Part shown: positions 48,701 to 63,062 of the stretch, one piece after another | Numbering within the stretch: the stretch's first letter is position 1 | How the letters are laid out: each line of letters begins with the position of its first letter | DNA from: Diadema antillarum | Lineage: Eukaryota | Direction of reading: 5' to 3' | Length of the DNA stretch: 64,000 nucleotides | Assembly (NCBI RefSeq): GCF_040938485.1 | Contig: NW_027270926.1 | Coordinates: 1,860,001-1,924,000, forward strand | Position numbers and translations under genes: made by a program | Notes under the pieces: generated by a model | Databases searched by the model: none | What the model was told of the DNA's origin: nothing | Seen by the model: the letters and a program-made list of their open reading frames with translations, nothing else

Positions 48701-51700
48701 CAGTGACATTATTTAAAAAATATTTGTAATGCTGTACAAAGCAATAAATTGACAGATGGTGTAACTGGCAGAATCTTGGTTTGGAAGGGTTTTGTCAACT
48801 GAAAAAAAAAATAGTAGAAATTATTATCATTTTGAAACATATGGCACATAGTATTATATACACATCATTTTGGTCACATAAGTGACAATCGGCACTGCAT
48901 AGTCCCTTTAACCCTAATCAAGCTGGGCTTTTTTGGCTAAGCTAAAACCGGAGGGGGGCGGATTCCGCCACCCCCCCCCCCCCCCCCCCTCCCCCCTGAG
49001 ATCTCGGCCATCGGTGGTGCGATCGCGGCGAAATTTGGCATGCGTGACATCCACGTCATAATCTACAAGATTGTGTCATAAACGTTTTTGAAACAATCAA
49101 TTTCTAATGTTGATTAATTAATTGTGCAAATTAAGCTCAAGATCATATTTTAGCCTAATTAAAAGCATTGAGAGTCTACATTTTGGTCTGTCAATCTGTT
49201 TTAGCATATTCAACAATACTATTGTACATCACAAAACCTTCCAAAACTCATTTCAATTCTTCTGTATTTTATTGTTTTCAGAATTTCTTATGTATTTCTC
49301 TGTTTTTCAACTTTTCTTTTTTTCTTTGTTTTTTATTGGAAATTGTCACTGACCACTTTTCTACCATAATTAGCATAAAATTAATCAATGAAAGTGATTA
49401 ATTGTAAAAATAATCAGGTTTTTATGACTTTCATGACAGAGCACTGTTTTCCATAGGATATGTACACAAAATCACAAAATTGTGCCCGTTTGGGGGCGAC
49501 ATGCCGTTACAAAAATGGGCGTGGCTTCGAAAAAGTATGCGCGGACGTTACAAATTTGATCTCAAAAGTTGCGTGAGACTTGAACGAAGAAAGTCAAGAA
49601 GCCTCGCGACGAGGCCTTCTCACGTTACAGAATTATAGCGCGAAACGTCGAGGGGGCGGATTCTGCCCCCCCCCCCCCCCGGCCCTGTTAGGGTTAAAGG
49701 CATGTAAATATCTGGAGAACATGAGGCACGTCTGAGCACAGGGCTGCTAACATTCATCAGGAGGAAGTGAGGGGGAGACGTTGCGATGGAGAAAGACAAC
49801 GGATGGGCTGGGGAGTGTGTGGGTATTGCGGGAGCTGTGCATGACATGGTAAAACTGGTGCAATCTTGTGCAAACTTTCATAAAAATACTCAGCGCATTA
49901 TACATTTTGAATACTCACTCCTGTCTAAAATGGGATTTGATATCTTCGTTACGAATCTATTGCAGGCTATTGTCCAAAGAGCCAAATCAAATTATATTTT
50001 CTTGTATGGATGTAAACACAAAAAGATGAGAATTTGATTAGGTATCAGTATCATTTTTTAAAATCCTACCAAGCGTGACAGTTCGCATAGATAGAGTGAG
50101 AGCATGAAGAATTCGTAAAATGCGTGCGACATGGCAGCCGTGGTATAATGAAGCTCTTATATATAGCAGCCTCTCACACAATATCATATTCTTGTCGTTT
50201 TTATTTTTATTTGTTTGTTGTTACATTTGTTACAGGGTGTATCGGTTCTACTTTCGATAGGAGGTATCGTTCTCATTTCCTACGCCGATGGATTCTTGGG
50301 GACGACAATAATCGGTATTTCCCTGTCTATTGGGTCGGCTATCGGATCAGCCTTGTACAAGGTACGTGTAATTCATAGTGGATGGTGCAGAAGTGAAGCA
50401 GTGAAGAGTAAATTCAAATTTTTGTCCGAATTCGGTATTTGGTCATATTCATTTCAATGCAGTCGTCTGTGAACTTAATCGGTTTAGAATATGATAAGGG
50501 CGTTAAGTTGCCATTAAAGCCATAGTGTTCGAGACACCTTAACGCGCTTCTCATTCTTAGCCGACGTGATACTGGGAAGGATATGTCAAAACTTGCGGGT
50601 TTGTTTAAAAAAATATTCGAAATGCACCTCGCAAGATCTGCCCTCACATTTTGATAGATCAACCATTTGGCATTACCACTATTGTCCTTAAATAAATTCA
50701 TGAAAGAATAGCAACTTTTAGAACTGCTTGAAACAGGAAAAATATATAACAGATACAACTGAAAATGTGGAGACTATTTTGTTTCATTGTTTCCCCAAAG
50801 ATTGTAGACAATGCTCTAGAGCATGCAGTCGTATGTTATTGATGTTTCATGAGAATAGTTACGTATTCGTATCTGTGAAGTAATTTTCATTATGGCAGCA
50901 ATCATCAAACTCACTAATAACATTTTATTTTACTCTACTCTATAATTGCTGCGAATGAGAGCGTTTTTAAATCGTGCTTTTCTTTTTATACTCCTGTATA
51001 CTCCTACAGTCATCGTATGAGAGCACATTTACAGAGGAATAAAATAGTAATTCAAGCTATGGACTCGCAAACAGGAACCATGCCATGAGTTTAAATTCTG
51101 TCCTGTGCCTCCATCCTCAGACAAAATGTGTCTCTCCTGACCTAGCTGTCAAAATGCGTACCATATTAGATTTTAGTTTTGTTTTAGATTTCATTTTTGT
51201 TTTAGATTGATTTTTTTTTAATTTAATGCCAGGCTAATAAATATGACAAATGCCCGCTTGAGTGTGAACCGCTGAAACTCTATAGGGGACTCTCGTGGGC
51301 GTGGCCGCGATTATTGTTTTATCGTCACATTCATCTTTAAAGGTCCTTTTCAAGCGGTACATTGGAGATGCAACGGGTGGTCAAGTTTGCCTTTTCCTGT
51401 CCCTCCTCGGAATTTTCGACTTGATATTCCTCTGGCCAATTCTGCTGACCGTCTACTACACCGGTTTTGAACAGTGGGACTGGACGAACATGCCGTGGAA
51501 CTACCTCTGCGGCAGTTCTGCGCTCTCATTGGGTAAGGAGTGGTCATCGTAGCTAAAATGTCTTAACATTCGGGGTATGACAGGCAACTGGGAGGATGCG
51601 TATTGAAAATATTATCGAAATTGCAATGGAAGTAGGCCTATATACACAAAAAAAAAGAAATAAAGTAAGAAGTCAGTATTTACAGGATATGCTTAGAAAT

Positions 51701-54306
51701 AATTGTCTTCATATAATTATCTCAAATTGGATACATGAAATCATTTGTAACCTAAGTGTTCCCGAACTTAATTATATGCCAGCAGAATGGATCCTGACCG
51801 AGACGTATAGACCTGTATACACGCTTATAATATAGGGTTGACCAAACCCAATACAATGTAAAGCCGATTTATATAAAACTAAGTTTGAAATCAAGATGGC
51901 GACAGTTGCTCGGTTTGTGATATTTCTAATTTCATTTCAACAAAGACACCAAGATTCGCCAAGACGATACGAAAGTGCCCACTTTATTCTTTTGTCAACG
52001 AGAATAGTACCGGTGAAATAACCACGCAACAGTAATTCTATTCTTCAATGTCAGAAATGTTTGTGCTCCACCTAAAGAATACTATCGAATGAATGTGAAT
52101 TTCGATACAGCTAATTTTCGCTGAATTACGCACACAAATCAACATTCCAGTAATATTGTTAACTTTGTCCGGAATTCACAAAGATGGGTTTAATCTAGTT
52201 CAAGGATACTAGTAACTAACACTAATTATACATTAAATTAGGCGTAGATACGTATTTGGGCTGCCTAAATGCGAGCGACGCATCGCGTAGGTACGCTAAG
52301 AAACATTCAATAATGAACACAAGCTGAGACGCTCATGTGCATCAAGGTACATTTGTACACCTATTGGGTGATTGTCATAATCCGTGGATCTAAATTAAAC
52401 CATGTATTATCTTTGTGACTTCGGGCCATTTTACATTTAATCTTGTGTCCGCGCTACAACTTTTTGGATAAGCATATGTACGCACTTCCATGATATAGAC
52501 ACTGAAAATTGCATTATTGAATTCACACAACATGCGTTGTAATTTTTTTCCTCATGTCGTGTTTCTCTGAAACGTTATGCATACACTAGTATAAGATATT
52601 GTGTCTGTTATGCCCTATCTCTTTGCAGCTTTTAATTTCTTAATCAATTTTGGCATTGCCGTCACCTTTCCGCTGTTCATCGCTCTTGGAACGGTGGTTG
52701 GAATCCCACTGAACGCCGGTAAGAATTTTGCTTGACTGCACACGAGGTTTTTTTTTTTTCTCTCCTTTTTATTCATGACTCTATCATAATTGAAAGGACT
52801 TTTGCCGTACAGGTAAACGAAATAGATAATGATCTGCATTTCATATTTTCGTTTTGAATTTCTCTTCAAAGCGAAGTCTTAGTTGGGAAAAGCAGGAGCG
52901 TAATGAACGTAATTATGGAAAAGAGCAAACATCGTCTCCGCTTCGTAGGTGGCCATAATCATAATAATGGACGGATGACGAGTTTAGACCTTGGCCAAAG
53001 AGTATCAATTTACTTATATCTGTTAATGGTCAAAATTTGTGGTTGTAGTGATGATTAAAAGACCTGGCGGTGAAATGATTATTAGCCGAAAGTATATGCA
53101 ATAATTCTCTCTTCCGTCAGAAGATGGATTTGGATGCATTGTTTTTGTAAATATAGAATGATTTTTAGCCAAATTGTTCTCGGAATGTGACTGATAAGGC
53201 CTAATTCGTATCGTACTGTTTGACCATGTTGCGATTTTTATATATTTATATATATTATCAGATTCGACCATATTTTTAAAGATGAGCGATTGTTTACGCG
53301 TACAATAAAACCTTGCTACACTTACATAATATGTAAGTGTATAACATGATCAAAGTTTACGCATAGGTCCTACAGACGTTGCCCTTTGTTCCGATTTTTG
53401 GAGCCAAAACAATGGATGAAATCTGGATTTCATGTGTACATTGCAGTAGGGGAAAAAAGTGAATTTAATTGCTTGTTACTGGGCCGTCAGAGCGACAAAG
53501 GAACCATAATGTTATTGTGATCATCATTGTGTAATGGGGGCGACTGGGAAGGCCGCCCTCTCAGCCCATTCTCATTTAATCCGTGTAGTATTTACGACAT
53601 GGAACTCGGCAGGAGAAACTAATTTGGAGTTAAAGATGGTATAATTATGTTAACACGTATTCAACATACATTATTAGGAAGAAGGGCCAATCTTATTCCA
53701 AACACAACGGATGAAAATATGGTCCAGTTGCATGAATATTCATCTAATTGAGAATGCTCAGCAGTTGGGTACCTTTTCTATCATTAAAATCCGTATGGAA
53801 CAATAACTTCTTGTATATCGACATACGGAAGAATAATATTATTATGTCTCCATGTAACATTGGTTCTTGACCCGTGTCTTTCATAATGAAAATCCGTCGT
53901 ATTATGTCCTTTTTTCTCTGTGAGAATCATTTATGAATATTATACTAACAGGGCTATATTCTAAAGAGGTAGATTGACTTTTATCTGTCAACCACCATTT
54001 TGTTTTTCAGTCGTGGACTTGATATTCCGCGACCGAGCCTTCGGGCCGTGGAAGATCGGCGGCACGGTACTGATCGTCGGCGGGTTCATCATCATGCTTA
54101 TGCCCGAGCGATGGCAGGAGAAAGTGTACTCAGAGCCTTCTAAAGCTCTGGCGAAGTACTGCTGCAAACCCGCCACCAACGCCCAGACCTTGGAGGTTCC
54201 TGATAGCAAGGCTGACGGACACACGTCCAATGATAGTGGCATTTATAATCCCACCATGGAACCGCCCAATAAAGCGGGAAATGATGACGTAGGGAACGCA
54301 GTGTGA
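42783..54306 (+). CDS. SLC35F4: Solute carrier family 35 member F3/F4-like (putative thiamine transporter), spliced, 476 aa
   Basis: Exons 42783-42885, 45885-46284 (AVSWVGSTQFSQSTYSDTFSAPYFNVWFGTLW), 46762-46987 (WMVTNYMYVYALGVIAAADVTALFSSNTAFIYVFSW), 50236-50361, 51343-51532, 52629-52718 (NFGIAVTFPLFIALGTVVGIPLNA), 54011-54306. GT-AG introns, phases consistent, 1431 nt, multi-pass hydrophobic. F3 versus F4 cannot be resolved, so it may be a co-ortholog. Exon 1 is less certain than the rest. Confidence 0.88.
48912..49693. mobile_element. piggyBac-like non-autonomous element
   Basis: TTAA(48908-48911)|ccctaa...ttaggg|TTAA(49694-49697). Subterminal gggggcggatt.cgccccc motifs occur near both ends. 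Confidence 0.78.
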
Positions 54307-56456
54307 ACAATCACAGGCGACTTTTTACCATTTGACTGGCGAATGTTGTGTCCAATTTGCTGAGTGTACTAAATACATATTAAAAAAGAAAGAAAGTTGT
54401 GTTTACAAGCAGAGACATTAAATTTAAGAACGAAGCGTAAAAGTAACAAACAAGCAAACATGACGTGTATTTATTTTTTCTCTTTCGTATATGTTCCGAT
54501 GTTAAGTGTATTGATAGTTTGTTTCAACCGTCCGGATTCTGTAGAGCAGTCGCAATATGTCCTAAACACACGTTGTTCGTTTCGTATTAAATATCGTAGG
54601 AATAGTTACAAATGATGCACAGGATAGAGTGCGTTAGTGGAGATGCAGCTCACTCTCGGGTATTTACAATGTAGTGCAACATGCACTCGGCTTCGCCTCG
54701 TGCATGTTTCACAATTGTAAATACCCTCGAGTGCGCTACATCTCCACTAACGCCATTTGTGCATCATTTGTTTTATAAAAATGGGTCGAAAACTAACAGC
54801 ATTTTTCACGTACCTTTGTGGGTCAATACCAGTCAGCTACATAGCACTCGCTCCAGTCAAAAAGTCAAGATGTCCGAAGATGTTCGTCCCAAACATTAAC
54901 GCACGTCGCACTCGGAAATCTCCCGCACAGAAGTACTGTACGTATCGAGTATGCGTACGCCACATGTTATGTATAAGAAAGGCCGACCGGCAGCCCGAAC
55001 TAGAAGTTGTTTACAGGATTGACAGCGCGTATAGTAGCGCGCGACACACTTGTAACAACTGATTGAGTGCGCACTGCTAGTGTAAACATTGTGACGTCAG
55101 GCCGTGCATGTTAGTGAGAAATTAATGCACGCACACGTGACTCATTTCAGCGCTTCCAATTGGCTACATTCTTGAACCCATTTTATAATGGCCAATATTT
55201 CTTATCTGTAATATAGATTATATCAGCTTTACCAGAGGCTGTTTTTGAGAGCTTGATACAGTCACTGTTTCTCCCAAACGAGCTTTCTTATGGGCATTTT
55301 TTCCTGTTAAATCTGACAGCGTGCATGATGGTTGAGTCTCATAAATCATGTTATGAGTTTTTTGAAGCGTATTAAGATGCAATGCATGCTATGTGTTTGA
55401 GTTTACTGGATAGCTGCATTTTCAAACGGAGCATGGTATGTCAGTACTTTTTCTAGATATATTACGAATGAATAGTAGTAGCAAAATGAAATTTGATGAT
55501 ACTTACGAATTTGAACTACATTTCTTATATTCTTTGTATTTGTTAAAAAAAACGACGGAAAAGACTGATACTGTGTATAAAATGAAAAAGAAATATCACA
55601 ACTTTGCATTTACTGCCATGATATGTTCAGGCTGTACAAATATATCATGTTTATAATCGAATTTAATCATATATTTTATATTACCTACGATGAATGCATG
55701 AGAACCAAATTGCCATTAACTTTTGCCCTGAACATTTCCTTTGAAATAAAATAAGACTAAAGTGAGTCATAATCCTACATTCAGTAGTCTTTATGATAGC
55801 TGCTTTTGTTTATTGTGTTTAGTTGATTGTTCGAACACAAAACCCATATGATGAAAAAGTAATCAAACATATATTTTTTTACTGTGTAGAATATAACATA
55901 CATACAAACAAACATAAAGGCGTAGGCTTTGGTAAAAAAAAAAAAAAGTTGCGTCTTTCAGTGACCTCAGCTTGGTTCGTCTGAAATATTCTGTTATGAT
56001 TTATTGCATTCCAGAAAACCCGTGTAGAGAAAATATTCATACAATATATCGTATAGTTGTTGAATTGTTTAATAAAAATGAAAGTATGTGCAGCAAATAT
56101 TTTTGTAGTAGTAGTTATTCAGTGACTGCTCTCGTTAGAACAGTCCCCCTTTTCAAGCGCCTTCCATAAGACTTTGCGATAAATTGTTTGTTGTGTGTGT
56201 TTATGTTTGTTTGTTATTTGCTTGTTTGTTTGCTCATTTTTGTAAATAATCTGCCTGTTTAGGGGGGTATTGACCAACCTTGACGTTGACTAGTTTCACG
56301 CAATGTCAGAATCGTTTTAATTAATGGGTGAAGATTACACAGACGAATAATTGTACATGAAATAATCATATGCATCAAGGAAGAAACTTTACGTGACAAG
56401 AAGTCCATGGGACTAGTGTGTTCATTTCATGTCTGCCTCGGTATTATTTGAAGCAA

Positions 56457-56592
56457 AGTGCGGCGGATCCAGGGGGAGCGCACTGGGTGTCCCCCTTATT
56501 TTTGTTAAAGCAAAAAAGAAAAAAGAAAAAGAAAAACAATGGGGAGGGGTGCGTGCGACCCCTCTTTACGGGATTCCTGGATCTGCCCCCTG
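56457..56592. mobile_element. Short MITE-like element with GGCGGATCCAGG-type termini
   Basis: ggcggatccagg ... cctggatctgcc inverted ends around an A-rich core. Confidence 0.6.
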
Positions 56593-57325
56593 CATGGTTA
56601 GCAGAACAATTGTAATAAGAAAAAACCCAGAAAACTGCAAAACAGAAATCAATGTTCAATCATTACCTCCAGAAAGAAGGCATTTATATCAATACACAAA
56701 TTTCGACTGAGTGTCATTATGGTGGTCAGAGATATCCCAATAATTTGTGATTAAGAACAAGGAAAAAATAAATAAAGAGCAACAGCAAACCGCCTGAGTG
56801 GTAATTTTCTTAGATGTATCAACGAGCTCGTGAACTGGTGACTGACGAATGTGAATAAAATGCCACTTATCAAACTTTTAGTGTAAACTGATGTATGATA
56901 ATGTTTTATTTTCTGTTTATTTATCTATTTAGTATTCTGTTCCCAGACTAGCCCCATCAGAGTGTTGATAATAAAACAAACAAATTGCAGTGCGTCTCCA
57001 TAATTGCCGGTAGGGCAATTAAAACAGTTTAAGTATTCACTCCGGCAACATACTCTTTACAGGTAAATAGGACCAGGTACAGAGGAAAACAAACATTTTA
57101 CAGACATACTTTGTGAAACAAAATGAAACTCCAACTTCACAGCCGAACATTACATACACAATTCTTGACTCTTATTAGAGGGCATGCTTACTGTTTGGTA
57201 AATGCAGGACTTAATGTTTCAATAGCTTTCCAAAACATTAAATGCATTATTGAGTAGTAGGGGGAGGCAGGAGATACCGAACAGTCGTTCCCATAACCAG
57301 ATCATCGACACGGGGGTACTACCAT

Positions 57326-57560
57326 TGTTACCTCCGCCAACAAGTGAAATCTATACCGACGGCGTTATGTTTTCGGTTTCGCGCGTTTGTCTGTTTGTCT
57401 CTCTGTCTGTTTGTCTGTCTGTTTGTGTGTGTGTGTGTGCAAACTAACCCGAGAACGCATAAACGAGTTTTCATAAATTTTGTTATAGGATGTGCTCATA
57501 TGATGAGCAAAAGAAACTTATATTTTGGCCATGATCTCAAAGGAAAAAAGTTAATATAGG
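57326..57560 (-). mobile_element. HINE-like remnant in reverse orientation
   Basis: ttacctccgcc...cggcgttatgttttcggt followed by (TGTC)n/(TG)n. This mirrors the 3' architecture of the 27.2-27.3 kb element. Confidence 0.5.
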
Positions 57561-58613
57561 AGTATTAAGGGCACGAAATACACTTAATCTCCCAATAACT
57601 CAGTAATGGATGATAATTTTTACCACATGTACATGTATATATTTTGTAGATGTCCCTGTACATAATGTTTGTATTGAATATATACTGCCGACAAAATGAC
57701 GATATTTCAATGACTGCTTTGCGGAGGTCTGTCACTGAAACAAAACAAAACCAAAAACCAAAAAAAAAAAAAAAAAAAAAGGATGGGGGGGGGGGGGGGC
57801 GAGTGTAAACCCCCAAGCCCCCAACCCCCTCGACCCAACCCCCATAGATCTGCCAAGTTCTGCCTTCTCCTGCGAAAACCAACATCAACAAGCAACTATT
57901 AGGAATGGCATGACGGGTTTTTATTAAGACGCTTCGACTCAATAGTACCAAGGAGAGGATCGTACACATGGAATAGTACAGAGTCAGCTTGTATAGATTA
58001 TCGCCTCCGTTTAGGCCCTGTCGTTGATGGTGACGAGAAAAAATGGTTGTATTGTTAAAAAAAAAAGAAAAAAAAGAGTGGACCAGCCCGAGTCCTGTCA
58101 CTTGTCGTATATAACCATGGGAAATATACAACTATACACCAGCCTTTTATTAGGCATGGTCAATGAGGATATAATCCCTTTTAAACAGAAGACACCTTAT
58201 TTGGCAGCTAAATAATCTTTCTACTAGATTTCCAAATGACTACATGATGTTATAGCGTGGATTAAAGAAAGAATTGGAACAGTAAAGTGTATTTCACAAG
58301 GGACCTCTGAGCGGGATTTGAGCTGCCCCTCCCCATCCCCTTGCGAAATTTCAGGACGTATACGTATTGAAGTGAGACAAGTTGATTTTCTCAGATATAA
58401 AACACTATTAAACACGCTGAATCTTTCGTTTATTTGCGCTATTCTTCAGCATGTTTGAATTTTTGAGCAAGTGCGTCCATGGAGAATTACGAATAGGATC
58501 TCTGGTGTGGAACGTTTGAACCCACTGTAAAAGTCCCTCGTCATATAGCAAAACATTTAATATGTATTCGATTACCGGTATTCACCACTAGAGGGTGCGA
58601 TTGCGATTGCAAA

Positions 58614-58703
58614 TTTGGTTTGGTTTGGTTTGGTTTGGTTTGGTTTGGTTTGGTTTGGTTTGGTTTGGTTTGGTTTGGTTTGGTTTGGTTTGGTTTGGTT
58701 TGG
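58614..58703. repeat. (TTTGG)18 microsatellite, possibly a minus-strand retroposon tail
   Basis: 18 perfect units followed by tttatt; on the minus strand this reads AATAAA then (ACCAA)n. Confidence 0.9.
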
Positions 58704-59778
58704 TTTTATTTCTGCCGTTTTCCAAATCACACACAACAAAAAAATATATATATTTAGAAATTAACATTACACATTAACATTATAAGTCAGCATATACTTT
58801 CTTTCAAACTGATTCAAAGTACATACACGGTGAACATGACAGTATATTCAATGTATGAGACGTATAGCAAAATATCACTCACAGAAACAAACAAAAAAAT
58901 GTTCAGACATTTGTCAGAAGGGAATCGTGGAATCAATAGTTGAAAAATTATGTAAATGATGACTGATTATTCATTCAGAATATGTCATGTCTTTACAATA
59001 GACGAATCTCAGAAAAATAAAAAAGCGGAATTTGAATGAACTGATTTTGTATTCTTATCTATTACAATAATGGAAAAGCAGGAGACCGCGATCATAAGCA
59101 GCACCTTGACATGGATCGAGGCCTCGGGGTAAAATTCGAAACTTACATTCGATTTACATAACTGTATAATGGACGTGTCTACAAAATAGAATCAATTATC
59201 AAATCCAAAATATCGTTGCAATTTGTGCGGTCAAAAATAAAAGGAAAAGTCTCAATCATTGAGCCTGTATAAGATTCACAGAATCTGCAAAGCTGAGGTT
59301 TCAGACTGGCCTTCCGCAAAAGCAGACGGAGGTGTTATAAACAAAAAAGGGTCTACTACTAACAGTTCCTGCATGAGTCTCTCCAGAAAGATGTTGATGA
59401 CTACAGTTGGAGACAATATATTTTTGTCTTTGTAAGTTATTTGAGATCACTGCGCTGCTGGATGTTCACGAATTGAACTATATAGCCCTTAGTTTGTCAA
59501 TGTTGAAGTTTCTTAGTAGAACATGTCATGAGCCTTTGTGCCACATTCGATCAAACGCCATCTTATATCAATAAAGTTATGAAAGAACTAGGTCCTTTTT
59601 AGCGTTGCAGATGTTTTTAGATGAGGACTCGACAGTCTGCTCCACAGTGCTCCTCTCCTCTTCTAAAAGCTTCGACTTGCTTTTCTAATATAGCATATCC
59701 TCAGCCTTGGATTTCATTCGGTTTAGGATGATGGGGAGCATCTAGGATGACTTATCGTCCTGTAGTTATGGCATTTAA

Positions 59779-60162
59779 AGGGATGGTATTGTATAGTTTT
59801 GGTATTGTAGTGTTGGTTTAGGTGAGGATTAAGCTTTTAACTTTTTGTGAGGTACTTAGAAAACAGTCTATGTAATGTTAAAGGGCATGCAATAGCATTG
59901 AAAGAGGACTGTATTCAAAGTTTATTTGATGAAAATCGGTTTTGAAATGGCTGAGATATCCAAAAACAAAGTGAAACAAAGCGATCCTGATGAAAAAGTG
60001 GGTCCCACCTTTTATTAGACTTTTTTGTGGATATCATAGTCATTTAAAAACAAAATTCCATTAAATAAACAATGAATTCCTCTTAAAATTTTATGCTCTT
60101 TCATTATTATGTCATGAGAGGTTTATATATACATATGTTATATATATATATATATATAGGCG

Positions 60163-60208
<46 letters not shown>

Positions 60209-60257
60209 TGAAATGTTGGAAATCTAGGCCCCTCTCAACCGAAACTGTACCATCCTT
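59779..60257. mobile_element. Kolobok-like MITE with TTAA TSD and internal (TA)n
   Basis: TTAA(59775-59778)|agggatggta...taccatcctt|TTAA(60258-60261). (TA)n at ~60139-60202. Shares its core with 2498-2812. Confidence 0.8.
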
Positions 60258-61361
60258 TTAAGATTGTCATTTTTAGGAAAAGACCAGTGATTGAGCCCAC
60301 AAGGCTGTTGGTCACTTATTTTCTGTCCAGATCTTCTGACATAGCATATCGTTGTTAGGGCCTCTGTGTCCTCTTTCCGCCATGCTTCAAAAGCTCAGCT
60401 GGCACATATTATTTATTGTCCACTCCTGGGGATTTCCCTGGCTTCAAAAACATTCTGTATGGTGGAGTAATACACCAAAATACTAGGACATTTAAAAAAA
60501 AGCATTCCAGTTCAGAACTAAAAAAATATATAAATAGAAATGTTTAGGCCCTACACGTAACCAGCTGAACAGAAATAAGGTCTTTCATTTATTTTTAAAT
60601 TATCGACTAGTTGTAAATCATAATTCTATCTATTCGCAACATGTCTCAGTGGAGAATCGTATAATACTGCATGTAGGCCCTATCTGTATACCTTCTGTGA
60701 TAGCATACAAGCTCATGTACATTTATAATCTACAGTGCCGTACTCACGACCTTATGATACAGGTACCGCACCAAGCTGATGACGTAGAGACAGCGCCCAC
60801 TTTTGGCCCCCACCGAACCCACCAACACCTGTTCGCGTCTTTTCGACTGTGTGTGTATGTGTGTGTAACGTCTATGTGATCGTGTGTGTCTGTCCCAGTC
60901 GTCGATCGACCACGACCTTGCCTCTCACAGCCAGCTCACCAGCTCCCCGACCATACCATTGAAACCAACCAGCCAGGCACCCGGAATCGGACACTCGATT
61001 TGTGCATTTACATTGTACTAATTTATACGTGCACAGAGCTCTTCACACGTACCCTAGCTCAGCTATTGATGTTGTGTACCTCAGCTCTGCTCTACTCTGC
61101 AGTCTCTGGTGACGTAAACAGTATTGAGTACTGCTCAAGCGTTGTTGTGAGACGAATGTTGTTCGTTTCTGCTCAGAATTCTCCCACATACCAGTCGCGA
61201 TTTCGTCCTGTTTGTTGTGACCCTATTTGTCCATAATTCTTGTAAGATTGTCGACGACTATTTTAAGTCGAAAATTCAGTAGATTGCGCTAAGTCTACTG
61301 TTATAAACATACTCGACTCTTACGTCATTCTTGATAATCTAGCTATCATAGTCACAGCAAC

Positions 61362-61442
61362 ATGGATGGACCAGTGAAGAGGGCTAGACTGTCTGATGAA
61401 GTTGACGATGGTAATGATCTGGAGGCGAGGGTGAAGAAGGCG
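61362..61442 (+). CDS. Probable first coding exon of a downstream gene (MDGPVKRARLSDEVDDGNDLEARVKKA)
   Basis: caacATGG start context just after a cag acceptor, 27 codons with a coding-like purine pattern, and a strong donor GCG|gtgagt. No further exon was recognised in the window. Confidence 0.45.
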
Positions 61443-63062
61443 GTGAGTATTTTTTGTTTTCTTTTGTGCATTTCTGTTTGGGGACATGTAAATACTGATG
61501 AATTCTAGCGAAAGTGAACAGAGTCAGAGAGTAACATAATTCACTTCAGTATGAGCAATATTCAATGAGCATATTCATATCAGTCGACGAGTGTTAATAT
61601 GAGTGGAATGTAAAGTTGCCATCAATGAATTGTAGTTGACAGCCCATATGATTTAGTGAACACTTTTATAAGTCTGATTTAGAGAGATTCTGGTGTCAAG
61701 AGAAGGACAAATATAACACAGAAGAGATATTTTCCTGTCTGTGCAATACATGATCTGCACAGTGCCTATACCAAAGAGTCAATAATTTCACGTACAACGA
61801 CGACACAGAGGGCCCTTCGAGGGGCAAATAAATTTGGTTTAACTTTAAAGGTGCATAGTCCTGGTAGTGTAGAGGGCGCTGTTGATGATACTGCCGATCG
61901 CCATTAGCAGTGATACGAAGATTGCCGAAGTGGAGCTGTCGTCAAGAATAAAGCGCGTAGGTGTTGCTAAGTAACATTGCCTTCGTTGTCTTCTCTGCGC
62001 ATCTGCGCATGTGCTTGTTAATATAATATGACATCTCAAAAGAAGTTTGCTAAAACTGTCATCCCCCTTAGCTGAATCATGAGCCAAACTTAACCCCAGG
62101 ATGCTCCTAGTACACAGTTATACTCCCAATGCTACGCATTGGGGCTGGTCGCAGTTAGCCCATCCCATGCACTGTGTGCCTGAGATCCTCATAGTCATAG
62201 TGCAGTCTTAATCCTGAGACTCCTTGCTTTAACCACAATGGAGTTTTACGCATGGGTGAAGCTCTGCACAAAAGAGTTCCATCTGCGTAACTCCCTTTCC
62301 GTGAAAAATCCTAATCCCTCCCTATTCCTAACTCCTTCCTGTATCCGCTAGCATAGGCTCAGGATTGTACTTGGATTTTTCACTATCAAAAAAACCCCCA
62401 AAAACAAAACAAAACTATAACTCCGATCATGATGCTATTCTGACCCAACCCTATTTTATTGCTATAGGACTAGGAGTATAGGACTCATGATTATTACTTC
62501 CAATGATCAATTTCAGTATCAACTTCGATTTATATTACTGAAAATCATGCTCTTATGAGAAAGAAAATAAGAGTTTGTCCTATGCTTTAGCATGGGGGAA
62601 AAGAAATGCCATGAAACACTTCTCTAATTTTGACATAATCATGGCTGTGGTCATTTGCAAATAATTGTACACTTTTTTAAGATACTGCACTGGAATAGAT
62701 TGTCTTACAAACACAATGGATTTATCCATGTCCAAACCAACTCAATTTATCTGTACTAATCTGTATGGTGTTTGAGACTGCAAACCTGAAAAAAAAAATG
62801 TGAAGACATATTGCACTGAAAAAAAAAAAATTAGAAACCACTGTAGCTTGACTTGATGACCCAGTAAGCCTCTTGAGTCTCATTATTACAATGTAGTATG
62901 CATTAAAGATAAAAATTTAGAATTTGTGTACTTTTCAATGCGTGTAAACAAATAATCATGTCAACATTATTGATGGTGGTTGCAATGTGAACTTAACATA
63001 TGTACACGGGAAATTCAAATTTCCTGTGTTTTATTCCAGGGCAAGTCCAAGATATCGCGCAC

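Noticed and set aside
57565-58131. 188-aa minus-strand ORF
   Set aside because: It is built across poly-A and poly-G runs of repeat remnants and is not protein-like.
59060-59720. Possible decayed LINE ORF behind the (TTTGG)n tail
   Set aside because: Only scattered Cys/His words occur among many stops, and no diagnostic motif could be read.
61845-62100. Kolobok-like left end (TTAA|aggtgcatagtcc) with a partial CTCF-like TAGAGGGCGC
   Set aside because: No matching right TIR was found, and only the 3' part of the motif matches.
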